Program-made: the position numbers and the translations under genes
The notes under the pieces: generated by a model
The model's input: the letters and a program-made list of their open reading frames with translations, nothing else
Databases searched by the model: none
What the model was told of the DNA's origin: nothing
Assembly (NCBI GenBank): GCA_026397315.1
Contig: JAPLVC010000002.1
Coordinates: 1 to 64,000 of the forward strand
DNA: 64,000 nt
Reading direction: 5' to 3'
Source of the DNA: Candidatus Aenigmatarchaeota archaeon
GTDB lineage: Archaea > Aenigmatarchaeota > Aenigmatarchaeia > QMZP01 > QMZT01
Shown: in pieces, positions 48,414 to 58,621 of the stretch
Numbering within the stretch: position 1 is the stretch's first letter
How the letters are laid out: each line of letters begins with the position of its first letter

Positions 48414-48671
48414 ATGGATAATGTTGTGGTTTTCAGGGCGCTTGCCGACCCCACGCGGCTGAAGATACTCGAATTGCTCAGGAGCGGTGAGAGATGCGCA
48501 TGCGAACTCCCTTCGAAAGTGGGAAAGTCACAGCCCAACGTTTCGCTGCACCTCAAGATACTGAAAGACGCCGGCATAATTTCCAGCAGGAAAGACGGCA
48601 AGAAAATAATATATTCGGCCACTAAATCTGAAATTTACAAGATAATAGAAAGAGCGAAAAACATAAAGTGA
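48414..48671 (+). CDS. arsR: ArsR/SmtB family regulator
   Basis: FRALADPTRLKIL, CACEL, SQPNVSLHLKIL. Confidence 0.9.
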   Translation: MDNVVVFRALADPTRLKILELLRSGERCACELPSKVGKSQPNVSLHLKILKDAGIISSRKDGKKIIYSATKSEIYKIIERAKNIK

Positions 48672-48680
48672 AGTGATTGC

Positions 48681-49790
48681 ATGGAAAACCGGAATGTTTT
48701 CATTATTTTGGTTGTCGTATTTCTGGCGCTATATTTCATGCCTGTCGGCTCGCAGCTTTTCGACGGCGCCATACTCAGCGCTTTCTCGCTGCTCCACGAA
48801 TACGCGACGCAGCACGTGATAACGTGCCTCATTCCTGCGATGTTCATAGCGGGCGCGATTTCAGTTTTCATCAAAAAAGACGCCGTCATCAAATACATGG
48901 GGCCGTCCGCGAAAAAATACGTCTCATATACCATCGCCTCGGTGTCGGGAGCGATACTCGCGGTCTGCTCGTGCACCGTCCTTCCGCTATTCGCCAGCAT
49001 ACGCAAGCGCGGAGCGGGCCTGGGGCCTGCCATAGCATTTCTCTATTCCGGTCCGGCGATAAACATAACGGCAATGTTTCTCACCATAAGCGTGCTCGGG
49101 GTGCAGATAGGGATTGCCAGAATCGTAGCATCCATTTCGCTGTCAATACTGGTGGGTCTGACCATGGCCTTCATTTTCAAGGAAAAGTCCGGCACCGGCA
49201 AGTGGAAGCTCAAAAAGACCAAGGCGAAACCTGATTCGAAGCTTTTCGTCTCGCTTCTTTTCGTGTCGCTCGTAGGCGTGCTCCTGGTGAACGGGCTGCA
49301 AATCAATTTGCCGGTTAAGTATTCCATGATGGCCGCGCTTTCCGTGGCCGCGGCGCTAGTTGGTATTTTTGGCATGCAGAGGCGGTCGTCAGAGGAATGG
49401 CTGGGGCACACGTGGTTCTACGCCAGGAAGCTCATACCGCTGCTTTTCATAGGCGTCTTCATAGCAGGCGTGGTCATGTTCCTCGTACCCGACGAATTCA
49501 TCAGGTCGGTCGCTGGCGAGAACACCATCATGAGCAACGTCGCCGTCTCGATATTCGGCGCTTTCATGTATTTTTCGACGCTCACGGAAATACCGATACT
49601 GCAGGCGCTCATAGCGAAAGGGATGCATCCCGGTCCCGCCCTAACGCTACTGCTTTCCGGCCCGGCCCTTAGCCTGCCGAGCATGCTCGCGATAAGGGAG
49701 TTCCTCGGCAACAGGAAAACGATAGCCTATGTCTTATTGGTAATATTATATTCTGCCGCGGCGGGCCTTGTTTTCGGAATGCTTGTATAG
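48681..49790 (+). CDS. ArsP/DUF318-family permease
   Basis: HVITCLIPA.FIAGAI, VCSCTVLP.F, FLYSGPAIN, MYF.TLTE.PI, GPALSLPSML. Confidence 0.88.
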   Translation: MENRNVFIILVVVFLALYFMPVGSQLFDGAILSAFSLLHEYATQHVITCLIPAMFIAGAISVFIKKDAVIKYMGPSAKKYVSYTIASVSGAILAVCSCTVLPLFASIRKRGAGLGPAIAFLYSGPAINITAMFLTISVLGVQIGIARIVASISLSILVGLTMAFIFKEKSGTGKWKLKKTKAKPDSKLFVSLLFVSLVGVLLVNGLQINLPVKYSMMAALSVAAALVGIFGMQRRSSEEWLGHTWFYARKLIPLLFIGVFIAGVVMFLVPDEFIRSVAGENTIMSNVAVSIFGAFMYFSTLTEIPILQALIAKGMHPGPALTLLLSGPALSLPSMLAIREFLGNRKTIAYVLLVILYSAAAGLVFGMLV

Positions 49791-49844
49791 CGCTTTGGCT
49801 AAAGCCTTTTGAAAATTAAAAATAAGAAAACGTGAGGCAAAAAA

Positions 49845-50285
49845 TCAAGCCTTCACAACGATCGTCCTGGCTGCCATGTCGCCGATCCTCTGCTTCTTCT
49901 GCGATACCAGGATCACTATCAGGCCGAGCACGTAAGCTCCGAGGCCGTCGATTATCCTGAGAACCGTCCTTATTATCGCGTCTGGCATGGTAAGCTTCTT
50001 GCCGTCTTCCTTGACGACCTTTATGCCCATGAATTTCTTGCCTAATGTCTGGCCGGTCGTACTTTCGAAATACGGGAAATAGACGAGCCAGATTATGGCT
50101 GAAATCACTATAAAGGTCACCCAAGAGGCAGCTGCGGCCATCGCGGCCATGGGGTTAGCTCCCATAGTCATGAAAGCACCCGAAACGCCGAAAGGCAGCG
50201 CTATTACAAAAGTTATGATTGCCAATATCACGTGGTCTATTACCGCTGCCAGTATCCTGTGCAAAACACCCGCATATTCTGCCAT
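49845..50285 (-). CDS. RDD family membrane protein
   Basis: R..A.VID, GQTLGK, QRIGDMAARTIVV. Confidence 0.9.
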   Translation of the reverse strand: MAEYAGVLHRILAAVIDHVILAIITFVIALPFGVSGAFMTMGANPMAAMAAAASWVTFIVISAIIWLVYFPYFESTTGQTLGKKFMGIKVVKEDGKKLTMPDAIIRTVLRIIDGLGAYVLGLIVILVSQKKQRIGDMAARTIVVKA

Positions 50286-50364
50286 AGTTTACCTCCTGCA
50301 TAAAAATTGGAAGGCGGGCTAATATATCTACCTATTTATACGGACGGGAACAATTTTTATATGA

Positions 50365-51024
50365 ATGGTGGAACAGAGAGTCGTCGATTACATATTTTTT
50401 CAGATAAGGGCAGGCATGCCGTCCGAACGCATAATACAGTCGCTACTCGACTCCGGCTGGAGCAAGGAGCAGATAAAAGAAATATTCGACTTCATCCAGA
50501 ACCCTGAAAAAAAAGAGGAAACCGCTTTTCATGACCAGCCGTCATTCATAATGGATTCGCAGCCGCAGGAGCCGTTCCGTGAGGGGCAGGAGCCGGTCCA
50601 GCCGGAACCAGCGAAGCTGCAGACCTCCCAGTCGCCTCCCGAACAGCCGAAGAAAACGGGAAAAATCGGGTTCGCCCTCAGCATGATTGCGGCGCTTGCC
50701 GTGCTTTGCAGGATTCTTTTTGTAGTCGTTTTATACCTTTTCCCGATTTCCGGCATGCTTGATTTCATCGTCCCCTACATTTATTCGGTCAAGGTGGAGC
50801 AGGACATGATGTCCGTCATCATTTTCCTGTTCTTGACGTCCATGATGCTTTACGCCGCTGCAAGCACTAGGAGCCAGAAGAGGCACGGCCTGATGGGCAA
50901 GCTCGTCATAGTTTTTTCGGTTGCCATATTCCTGATAGAAGCTGTGACCAGCATCAATCCCATCGGAATCTCGCTGATGGCCTTAGGTGTGGCAGGCGGC
51001 CTGCTCGCGTGGAAAGGCAAATAG
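50365..51024 (+). CDS. Hypothetical membrane protein
   Basis: N-terminal DYI...G...I...LL.SGW motif, P/Q linker, 4 TM helices. Confidence 0.6.
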   Translation: MVEQRVVDYIFFQIRAGMPSERIIQSLLDSGWSKEQIKEIFDFIQNPEKKEETAFHDQPSFIMDSQPQEPFREGQEPVQPEPAKLQTSQSPPEQPKKTGKIGFALSMIAALAVLCRILFVVVLYLFPISGMLDFIVPYIYSVKVEQDMMSVIIFLFLTSMMLYAAASTRSQKRHGLMGKLVIVFSVAIFLIEAVTSINPIGISLMALGVAGGLLAWKGK

Positions 51025-51066
51025 CTTTAAAATTAAAAAATTATTTTTCGGTTTTAGTTTATCTTT

Positions 51067-52314
51067 TTACATCCACAGCAGTTGCAGCGCTATGTGCGCG
51101 GCCATCACGGCTAAAATCGAGAACGGCAGGCTTATCTTCAGGTATTCTTTCAGCTTTACCTTGTAGCCATGTTTCTCCAGCATGCCGCACGCGTAGACGT
51201 TCGCCGTCGCTCCGATAGGCGTTATGTTGCCTCCGATGCCGGTGCCTATGAGCATGCCGAAAAGGAACGGGAACGGGCTTATGCCCATCGTTGCCGCGAG
51301 CTGGTTGCAGACGGGTATCATGAGTATCGTGTAGGGAACGTTGTCGATGAACGACGAGGCTGCGACAGAGACCCATATTATGATTGCCAGCATCACAGAG
51401 GCGTTGCTAATGCCCATGCCGCCTATCAGGCCGACGAAATCCGACAGGAGCCCGACGGATACAATAGAGCCGACTACTATGAATATGCCACCTATGAACA
51501 GGAAAGAGTCCCAGTCGAATTCTTTCATCATTCCCTTCAGGTTTTTCCTGCCGACGATAAGCGATACGATTCCAGCTCCGACGCCTATCAGGCCGGGACT
51601 GATGTCAAAGTAAGGGCCAATGACCAGCGCCAGCGTGCCGAAGACAAAAACGAGCGTCGGTATGTAATCGAGTTTACCCCTCTCCACCACGTGCGTGATT
51701 TTCTTGTTCATCTTCCTGAATATGAAAAGCAGGCTGAGCATCGCCGCCGCGACGCCGAAGATAGTTATGACGCCTAGGCCGACCTTTCCCTGGAACCAGT
51801 AGAAGTCGAAGAACTTCATGCCCGTTTCCATTGCTAAGACGAGAGCCGGCGGGTCGGCAATCATGGTCACGGTCGTGACGACGTTGGAGCTTATCGCGAT
51901 CGCGACCATGTATGGAAACAGGCTAGATTTTAACTTCTTCGCCATCTCTATGGCGATGGGCGCGACCATGAGGACCGTGCCGACGTTCGCCATGAACGAC
52001 GATATCACGGCGGTCAGGATGCACAATGAAATCAGCGCGTATTTTTCCTTCCTTACCCGGTTTATCAGGCCGCCTGCTATGTGCGCCGGCATCCCGCTCT
52101 GCATGAAAATTATGGAGATCATCATGAAACCCCAGTAGATGCCCATGACGTTCCATTCTATCATGTCAAAAAAAGCGGCCTGGGGCGTTACTATGCCGAG
52201 CAGAATCAACGCGCCGGCCGCGGCCAGAGCCGTGTAGGCGATTTTTACCTTTCTCGTCATCGCCAGAGAATAGCACGCGATGAAAATGACAAGCGTGAGC
52301 AGTTTCTCTATCAT
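51067..52314 (-). CDS. ArsB/NhaD/CitMHS-family permease
   Basis: T.IADPP, SSFIDNVP, GGN.TPIGA.AN; about 11 TM helices. Confidence 0.85.
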   Translation of the reverse strand: MIEKLLTLVIFIACYSLAMTRKVKIAYTALAAAGALILLGIVTPQAAFFDMIEWNVMGIYWGFMMISIIFMQSGMPAHIAGGLINRVRKEKYALISLCILTAVISSFMANVGTVLMVAPIAIEMAKKLKSSLFPYMVAIAISSNVVTTVTMIADPPALVLAMETGMKFFDFYWFQGKVGLGVITIFGVAAAMLSLLFIFRKMNKKITHVVERGKLDYIPTLVFVFGTLALVIGPYFDISPGLIGVGAGIVSLIVGRKNLKGMMKEFDWDSFLFIGGIFIVVGSIVSVGLLSDFVGLIGGMGISNASVMLAIIIWVSVAASSFIDNVPYTILMIPVCNQLAATMGISPFPFLFGMLIGTGIGGNITPIGATANVYACGMLEKHGYKVKLKEYLKISLPFSILAVMAAHIALQLLWM

Positions 52315-52377
52315 AAGTATATTTTATGCGGCAACCCAATAAAAGCTATTGCGGCCAAGGATTTATCGTGAGCTTTT

Positions 52378-53370
52378 ATGGAAACGGCAGTCGAGATTAA
52401 CGGTATAAAGAAATTTTACAACGGCAAGGTAAAGGCGCTGGACGGCATAGACCTTAGAGTCGGCGCCGGAAAGGTCTTCGCAGTCCTGGGGCCGAACGGG
52501 GCTGGTAAAACAACGCTCATGCGAATACTCACGACGCAGATAAAGCCAACCTCCGGGGATGCCAGCATTTTCGGCCTCGACGTCATGAAAGACGACTCAG
52601 AAACGAGAAAGCTTATCAGCTATGTGCCGCAGGAGATGAGCGTCTGGACGGACATAAGCGGCTACGAGAACCTGCTCATTTACGCGAAGATTTACGGCAT
52701 ACCGGCAGGCGAAAGGAAAAAGCTGATAAACGGCATGCTTCGTACCATGGGCATCGAGAGTTTCGCCGGCTCGCTTGTCAGGAACTATTCGGGCGGCATG
52801 ATAAGGAGGCTTGAGATAGCCTGCGCCCTGATCATAAAGCCGAAAATACTTTTCCTCGACGAGCCGACCATAGGGCTCGACCCGTCGGCAAGAAAGACGG
52901 TCTGGGAAAAGCTCATGTCCTTCAAAGACGAGAATGGCGTTACCATTTTTTTCAACACGCATTACATGGACGAGGCCGACATATATTCCGACCAGATAGC
53001 CATAATGAACGCGGGAAAAATAGTCAAACTGGGAACCGCCCAGGAACTGAAGCACTCGCTCGGAGGGGAGATTATTTCCTTCGGCATTGAAGGGAAAATT
53101 TCAGCGGGCGCCGTGAAAAAAATCAGGGGAATCAAAATAGTCACCGGTGCTACTGCGGATGAGAACGGCCTAAGGGTTTTCGCATCCGACGCAGGCGTTG
53201 CGCTCCCAAGGATAACGGACATATTGGAAAAAGGCGGCGTTTACATAAAGGAAGTCTCGATAAAAAAGCCCACGCTCGATGACGTTTTCCTGAAATACGC
53301 CGGCACAAAAATCGAAACTGCTGAAAGGGTCACGGACATCCGTTATACGAGGGACCGGATAAAAAGATGA
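52378..53370 (+). CDS. ABC-2 exporter ATP-binding subunit (DrrA-like)
   Basis: GPNGAGKTT, YSGGM.RRLEIA, LDEPT.GLD, THYMDEAD, PTLDDVF. Confidence 0.93.
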   Translation: METAVEINGIKKFYNGKVKALDGIDLRVGAGKVFAVLGPNGAGKTTLMRILTTQIKPTSGDASIFGLDVMKDDSETRKLISYVPQEMSVWTDISGYENLLIYAKIYGIPAGERKKLINGMLRTMGIESFAGSLVRNYSGGMIRRLEIACALIIKPKILFLDEPTIGLDPSARKTVWEKLMSFKDENGVTIFFNTHYMDEADIYSDQIAIMNAGKIVKLGTAQELKHSLGGEIISFGIEGKISAGAVKKIRGIKIVTGATADENGLRVFASDAGVALPRITDILEKGGVYIKEVSIKKPTLDDVFLKYAGTKIETAERVTDIRYTRDRIKR

Positions 53371-54140
53371 TAGCCATGATGGACTCGCTTAGAAACATAC
53401 TTGTCATGATTGAACTGGAGGCCAGGAGAATCAGGCACGACAGGACGGAGCTTTATGTCAGGGCGGTCCAGCCGGTGCTCTGGCTTGTCATTTACGGGTC
53501 CGTCATGAGCTCGGTGAAACTGATTCCGACGGGCGGCATGTCTTACATCGCTTACATAACGCCCGGCGTGCTGCTGCAATCGACGGCGTTCGTCTCCATA
53601 TTCTTCGGGCTCACGATAGTCTGGGAGAAGGAATCCGGCATACTGAAGAAGCTGCTGGTAACCCCGGCGTCCAGATATTCGATTGTCATAGGCAGGTCAA
53701 TGGCCGCTGGCGTGAGATCGATACTTCAGGCCGTCATAATCATACCAATAGCCATGCTCATCGGGGTCGCGTTCATTCCTAATCCCGCATATTTCATCCT
53801 TGCATTCGCCCTTATTTTCCTCATATCCGCCGGCTTCGCAGCCATATCGATTTTCATAGCATCTTTTCTCAAGACGAGGGAAAGGTTCATGGGCATAGGC
53901 CAGGCCATAACATTCCCTCTGTTCTTCGCGAGCAACGCCCTCTACCCCATCGAGCTGATGCCACCGCTGCTTAAAGAATTCGCTCTTGTCAATCCGATGA
54001 GCTACGCCGTCGACGCTATAAGAGGCCTGCTCATAAGCGGTAACATATCGAACCTGGCTTTTGACATTTCGGCCATAACAATTTTCGTAGTTGTCATGCT
54101 CGCCATAGCATCGGTGAGCTTCAAGCGCATAATAGAATAA
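53367..54140 (+). CDS. ABC-2 exporter permease
   Basis: QP.LWL, E.E.GILKKLLVTP, PLFF.S.ALYP, NPMSY.VDA.R. Confidence 0.92.
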   Translation: MIAMMDSLRNILVMIELEARRIRHDRTELYVRAVQPVLWLVIYGSVMSSVKLIPTGGMSYIAYITPGVLLQSTAFVSIFFGLTIVWEKESGILKKLLVTPASRYSIVIGRSMAAGVRSILQAVIIIPIAMLIGVAFIPNPAYFILAFALIFLISAGFAAISIFIASFLKTRERFMGIGQAITFPLFFASNALYPIELMPPLLKEFALVNPMSYAVDAIRGLLISGNISNLAFDISAITIFVVVMLAIASVSFKRIIE

Positions 54141-54276
54141 ATGATGCGCCGGCCGCGTCCCCGGTAAAAACCGCTATAAATTAGTTTAAAAATCCATGAT
54201 TTCTACATGGCCGTCTAAAATATATTTAGAGCTAAACGGTTCTCATTTCATCAATATTTGCACTCTTTACAATCTC

Positions 54277-54549
54277 TTATCTGAGCTCTTTTCTGAAGCT
54301 CCCGAATTCCTTCGAGATTCTTTTTTCTTCTCTGTTCAATTCGCTCAGAACCCTGTCGCGGATATCCGAAGCCCTTATCTCGTCCCTGCTCTTGAAATGT
54401 TCCTCGACGTTCCTCGCTATCCTGTCAGCAATGTCCCTCGACCTGCTGCTGTCGAGCTTGACTCTTTTCGCGGCATTTTCTACGCTTCTCCTGATCTTGT
54501 CGCGGCTGAAGTCCTCTTTTCTATTGTCTCTTTTTATCACGACTGTCAT
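54277..54549 (-). CDS. Stand-alone ATP-cone protein
   Basis: MTVVIKRDNRKEDFSRDKIRRSV...IRD.VL.EL. Confidence 0.85.
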   Translation of the reverse strand: MTVVIKRDNRKEDFSRDKIRRSVENAAKRVKLDSSRSRDIADRIARNVEEHFKSRDEIRASDIRDRVLSELNREEKRISKEFGSFRKELR

Positions 54550-54661
54550 AACCCAACACCCCATAGGAAATTTGTGATTTGAGATTATAAAGTTAAGTTT
54601 AAACACGACTGTAGAAATTATATGTAAGCGGGAGTTGACCAGGTCGGGGATTGCGGCAGGA

Positions 54662-55543
54662 TCAGGCGTTCCTGTGCCACCAACCCCATTCAATTTTCTC
54701 TTTTTCCGCAAAATCTATCAGTTTTTTAACGCCATCAGCGACATCTTTGTAATTCTTCAGAGGAACGTATAAACAGACGCTTTTGCGGTGCTCCCATGAT
54801 TTGATGCCGTATTTATGGGATTTTTCCTTGATATCCTTCCAGTTGTCCGTTACTTCCCCTACCATACTCACGTTGGGCTCGACCGCCCTTACGACGTTAA
54901 CGTATATATTGACCTTCGGCTTCTCGAAAAAGGCTACAAGGTCATGGTATTCCTTGCTGCTGAACTTCTGGGAGGCAAGGACCACACCATCGAAGTTTTC
55001 TTCCAGAATTCTGGCAGCCTCCCCAAGTTTCGCATGCCCAGCCTTCAAGTTTGTTATTTTCGAGAATTTGGTATTGAACCTTTCGCCATCCACATGCGAA
55101 ATCATTTCCTTCTCCGGCTTCGGATGCGCATCGAAGCTGGAAAAATCCCGGCCGTAGTTATTGACCAGGGACTCTATTATCGAGGAAATGGGTATCTTGT
55201 AATCGTGGCTCATTCGTATCAGTTCGTCCTTGGTGTTGGAAGGAAGTCGAATCGTAAGTATGTCCGTTTTGTCCACCGCCTTCGAATACTTCATGTAAGC
55301 GTTCCTGACCTTGTCAATCGCGTCCTTCAGGCTTTCGAAGGTAAATTTCCTATCCGGTATCTTCACTGAGAAGCAGCTCACGGAGTCGACGCCGAACTCC
55401 TTCCCTATGTGATTTATCATGGCACGCTTGTGAAAATTGGTCCTGCCGAACTCGGAACTCTTTACGATTATGTCCTTTCCTTCCGTCATTATATTAATCT
55501 CGTGGAAGGAATCCACTCCGGGCAAATCCATCTTGATGTCCAT
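54662..55543 (-). CDS. Hypothetical protein with internal ribbon-helix-helix-like segment
   Basis: LTIRLPSNTKDELIRMS...ISSIIESLV; GGTGA SD. Confidence 0.55.
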   Translation of the reverse strand: MDIKMDLPGVDSFHEINIMTEGKDIIVKSSEFGRTNFHKRAMINHIGKEFGVDSVSCFSVKIPDRKFTFESLKDAIDKVRNAYMKYSKAVDKTDILTIRLPSNTKDELIRMSHDYKIPISSIIESLVNNYGRDFSSFDAHPKPEKEMISHVDGERFNTKFSKITNLKAGHAKLGEAARILEENFDGVVLASQKFSSKEYHDLVAFFEKPKVNIYVNVVRAVEPNVSMVGEVTDNWKDIKEKSHKYGIKSWEHRKSVCLYVPLKNYKDVADGVKKLIDFAEKEKIEWGWWHRNA

Positions 55544-55651
55544 ACCGAATCACCATTTCTTTACCGTTAAAACTTGCAGGATTTTTATCTTATTTTTCCT
55601 GAAGATACTTTGCAGAAACAGACTAGTAAAGTAAATCTTTTCCAAGATTAA

Positions 55652-55774
55652 TGCGCCGACCGGGATTTGAACCCGGGTTAGAGGCTTTTTCCATCAGTGG
55701 TTGCCGGATGCATCGAAACCCGCTGGGGTTTTGATTTGGGAAGCCCCTGTCCTACCAGGCTAGACTATCGGCGC
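55652..55774 (-). tRNA. tRNA-Gly(CCC) with 50-nt canonical 37/38 intron (55687-55736)
   Basis: Acceptor GCGCCGA/TCGGCGC-A; GGGGC TT CCC A^A GCCTC; BHB helix TTCC/GGAA. Confidence 0.94.
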
Positions 55775-55932
55775 AAACAGCGAATGACGCAGACAAGCCT
55801 GCGTCGAACTGTCGGGTGTTCTATAATATATTAGAATATAATAAAAGACTTTCAGTGCATGGAGCTGAAGCCGTGGCTATAGGGAGAAATAAAAAGAAAA
55901 AGCACTGTTTTTGTCCCAACCCTATTAAGCCT

Positions 55933-56307
55933 TTATTTTTTTCTTTTCAGTTCAGGGCTTATCAGGAGAAGGACTGCTCCTATGAGCTCCGGTGCGCCGA
56001 TGGGCGGAAGGAATGCTGATATGAGTGCGTATATGGCCACTCCCTGGTAATCCTTTGCCTTGAATTTGCCAAGGCCTTTCCAAAGGACTATCATGCCCGC
56101 TATTGCTAGCAGGCCGAAAGCGGTCAAAGCTCCTGCCAGGACCCATGTGAAAGGTGCTATTCCGAGAGTCATGCTGACATTCGTCACCGGCACAAGGCCG
56201 CCGAATATCACTATTATGCCGACTAATTTCAGCAGCAGACCCACGAGAATAAGGACCTTCGCTATCGTCGCTTCGGTACTCAACCCTTTGAAGTTGATGT
56301 CTATCAT
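55933..56307 (-). CDS. Hypothetical membrane protein
   Basis: 3-4 hydrophobic helices. Confidence 0.6.
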   Translation of the reverse strand: MIDINFKGLSTEATIAKVLILVGLLLKLVGIIVIFGGLVPVTNVSMTLGIAPFTWVLAGALTAFGLLAIAGMIVLWKGLGKFKAKDYQGVAIYALISAFLPPIGAPELIGAVLLLISPELKRKK

Positions 56308-56391
56308 ATTATATAATTCCCCCGATTCCCCTAATAAATCAAAAACAGTCGCTTGCTGACGTTTATTAGCGGTTTTGGCAAAATAATCATT

Positions 56392-57435
56392 ATGAAAAAA
56401 ATAAGTTTCGTTTTCGGCATATCCCTTGTTTTTGTTGTTTTTTTGTCAGGTTGCATCAACGTCAGCCCAGAAGCGCTAGCGATGGCGAACCCTCTGGTGA
56501 AACAGTTCATGGAACAATATCCAAATGCGAAAATAACCGTGAACCATTTCACCAAGGACCAGAGCGCCCAGATACTTGAGAACATAAGCGCTGAATGCGG
56601 CAACCCATACATAACCGCGAAAGAGTTTTACAGGATAAGCATCGACGACCCGGACAGCGGGCTAAAAGCGTTAGCTTGGATTGACTGGGAAACCAGGGGA
56701 ATAGAATGTGCCGTGAAATATGGCGGCGGCCTGAACAAGACGATATCCAAGCCCGGCGAAGAAAACCAGGACTGCAAGTCTCACGCTGAGATGAAATGCT
56801 ACGGCGAGCATGTATATTGGTTCGATTCGTGTGGCCACAAGGAAGAGAAGAAAGAATACTGCACATCCGGTTGCGAGAACGGCTTCTGCAAAACCAAGGA
56901 AGGCTGCACTGAGCATGCTGAGGCGAAATGTGCCGACGGGCACGTGTACTGGTATGACAGCTGCAACGGCAAGGAAGACAAAAAAGAGTACTGCCAGAAC
57001 GGCTGCGAGAACGGCGCATGCAAAGGCGGCACGGAAAAGACCTGCTTAAACGAAGGGGAAAGCAAACCCGTCATCGCGAACCCGCTGCCATGCTGCGAAG
57101 GCCTGACACTAATCCCTCCGAAGGCGGAAAACCTGGTAGGCATATACGGATACTGCACCGCGAAATGCGGCAACGGCATTTGCAATGAAATCGAGACCGC
57201 ATACAACTGCCCGTCAGACTGCGGCAATATCAATTGCACAGACTCCGACGGCGGCAGGAACTATTCCGTGAAAGGGACGGCGACAGTTGCCGGCCAGTCG
57301 CTCACGGACCATTGCAACGAAGACGGTTCGCTTACCGAGAAATACTGCGAGAACAACGAGATAAAAGCCGAGTCAGTCTCCTGCCCGACAGGCTTCAAGT
57401 GCGACGACGCGAAGTGCGTGGAAGAAACAGTATAA
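56392..57435 (+). CDS. Secreted/lipoprotein Cys-rich repeat surface protein
   Basis: LSGC lipobox-like signal; two tandem C..HAE.KC...HVYW.DSC..KE.KKEYC..GCENG.CK repeats; CGNGIC and CTDSDGG modules. Confidence 0.8.
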   Translation: MKKISFVFGISLVFVVFLSGCINVSPEALAMANPLVKQFMEQYPNAKITVNHFTKDQSAQILENISAECGNPYITAKEFYRISIDDPDSGLKALAWIDWETRGIECAVKYGGGLNKTISKPGEENQDCKSHAEMKCYGEHVYWFDSCGHKEEKKEYCTSGCENGFCKTKEGCTEHAEAKCADGHVYWYDSCNGKEDKKEYCQNGCENGACKGGTEKTCLNEGESKPVIANPLPCCEGLTLIPPKAENLVGIYGYCTAKCGNGICNEIETAYNCPSDCGNINCTDSDGGRNYSVKGTATVAGQSLTDHCNEDGSLTEKYCENNEIKAESVSCPTGFKCDDAKCVEETV

Positions 57436-57445
57436 AAAAGAGAAA

Positions 57446-57529
57446 CGCTGAGAGCAAGACTCGAACTTGCGCGGGCTATTCACCCACAGGGTTAGCAACC
57501 CTGCGCCTTGACCGCTCGGCCATCTCAGC
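57446..57529 (-). tRNA. tRNA-Ser(GCT), intronless
   Basis: GCTGAGA/TCTCAGC-G, CAGGG TT GCT AA CCCTG, long variable arm. Confidence 0.95.
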
Positions 57530-58169
57530 AGATTAATATTTCGTCCGCACTTATTTCAGCGAACTTTTTTTGTTTTGCATTATTATGTGGGTTTATCTCT
57601 TTAAAAAATCTTTCCATGTTCTTTCTGCCGGCCATGCGTATTTTCAGGTTGCTTTTTTCGAGCCAGAAATGAAAATCAAGGTCGCGCAGGATCTCCTTGA
57701 GCTGCATAAGGTGCGCGAGCGACGGGCTGGAGATTTCTAATATGGGATTCCTGTATTCCCCGGACGTGCGGCGTAGGTAGAGCGAGCCGCTCGAGTCGAA
57801 CATACCCCTCACATACGCCTTCCAGTATTCGTGGTTGTTGAAAATCAGCTTCGGCATGCGGAGCGCGTGCGCCTTCCTGCCTATAGGGAACTGGAGATAC
57901 GTATGGAAAGTCTTCACCGCCCGCCCGCCGCACGCGCGGATGCAGATCACGTATCCGTCCTGATATTTCCTTTTGACGAGCTTTAGCTCCCTGCCGAAAA
58001 TCTTTTCAAAGAGCGGTTTTACGTGGCTTCGATAATATTGCATTTCATCCTTCGTGCTCCTGATTTCCAGGATGTAGCTTCTAGCGGTTGCATAGATGCT
58101 GCCGTCGCCCGCGAATATGCCGCACGCCTCGCCCAGCGTGTCCTTGTTGAGCGAAAGTAATTCAAACAT
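57525..58169 (-). CDS. Stand-alone two-motif LAGLIDADG endonuclease-like protein
   Basis: ACGIFAGDGSI and YVRGMFDSSGSL motifs; G.K....MP; FF.EI.PHN. Confidence 0.85.
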   Translation of the reverse strand: MFELLSLNKDTLGEACGIFAGDGSIYATARSYILEIRSTKDEMQYYRSHVKPLFEKIFGRELKLVKRKYQDGYVICIRACGGRAVKTFHTYLQFPIGRKAHALRMPKLIFNNHEYWKAYVRGMFDSSGSLYLRRTSGEYRNPILEISSPSLAHLMQLKEILRDLDFHFWLEKSNLKIRMAGRKNMERFFKEINPHNNAKQKKFAEISADEILIC

Positions 58170-58289
58170 AATTGTTATTTGCGGGTCATGGTTTAAATAT
58201 CCGCGCCTTAAAGTCACAAACTTTATAAAGCCACCGGATGAATTAAATAACAGATAAATTTTTCAGAAAATCGATTGAGAGGTGGGTAT

Positions 58290-58592
58290 ATGGCAATAAA
58301 AGTTTCGAGCATTTCCGAGACGTACGGCAAGGACGTTTTCACGAACAGGGGTATGTTCTGCGGAAAAGTCGAGGATATCGAGTGCGACCTCAAGCGCTTC
58401 AAGGTTCGCTCACTGGTCGTGCGTGCTGCAAAGGAGTCTTACATATCCAAGATGCTCGGCAGCAAGAAGGGCGTTATCATCCCGTTCCCAATGGTAGAAT
58501 CCATAGGCGACGTGATACTGATAAAGCACATCTCGCTTCCGGTCGCGGATGAAGAGCCCGCAAAAGAGGGCGCTGCGTCAGAATCTGAATAA
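58290..58592 (+). CDS. PRC-barrel domain protein (CdpB-like)
   Basis: YGKDVFT..G...GKVEDI; IIPF.MV.SIGDVILIK. Confidence 0.85.
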   Translation: MAIKVSSISETYGKDVFTNRGMFCGKVEDIECDLKRFKVRSLVVRAAKESYISKMLGSKKGVIIPFPMVESIGDVILIKHISLPVADEEPAKEGAASESE

Positions 58593-58621
58593 ATCCCGAT
58601 AAAAAAGAAAAATTTCGCAGT

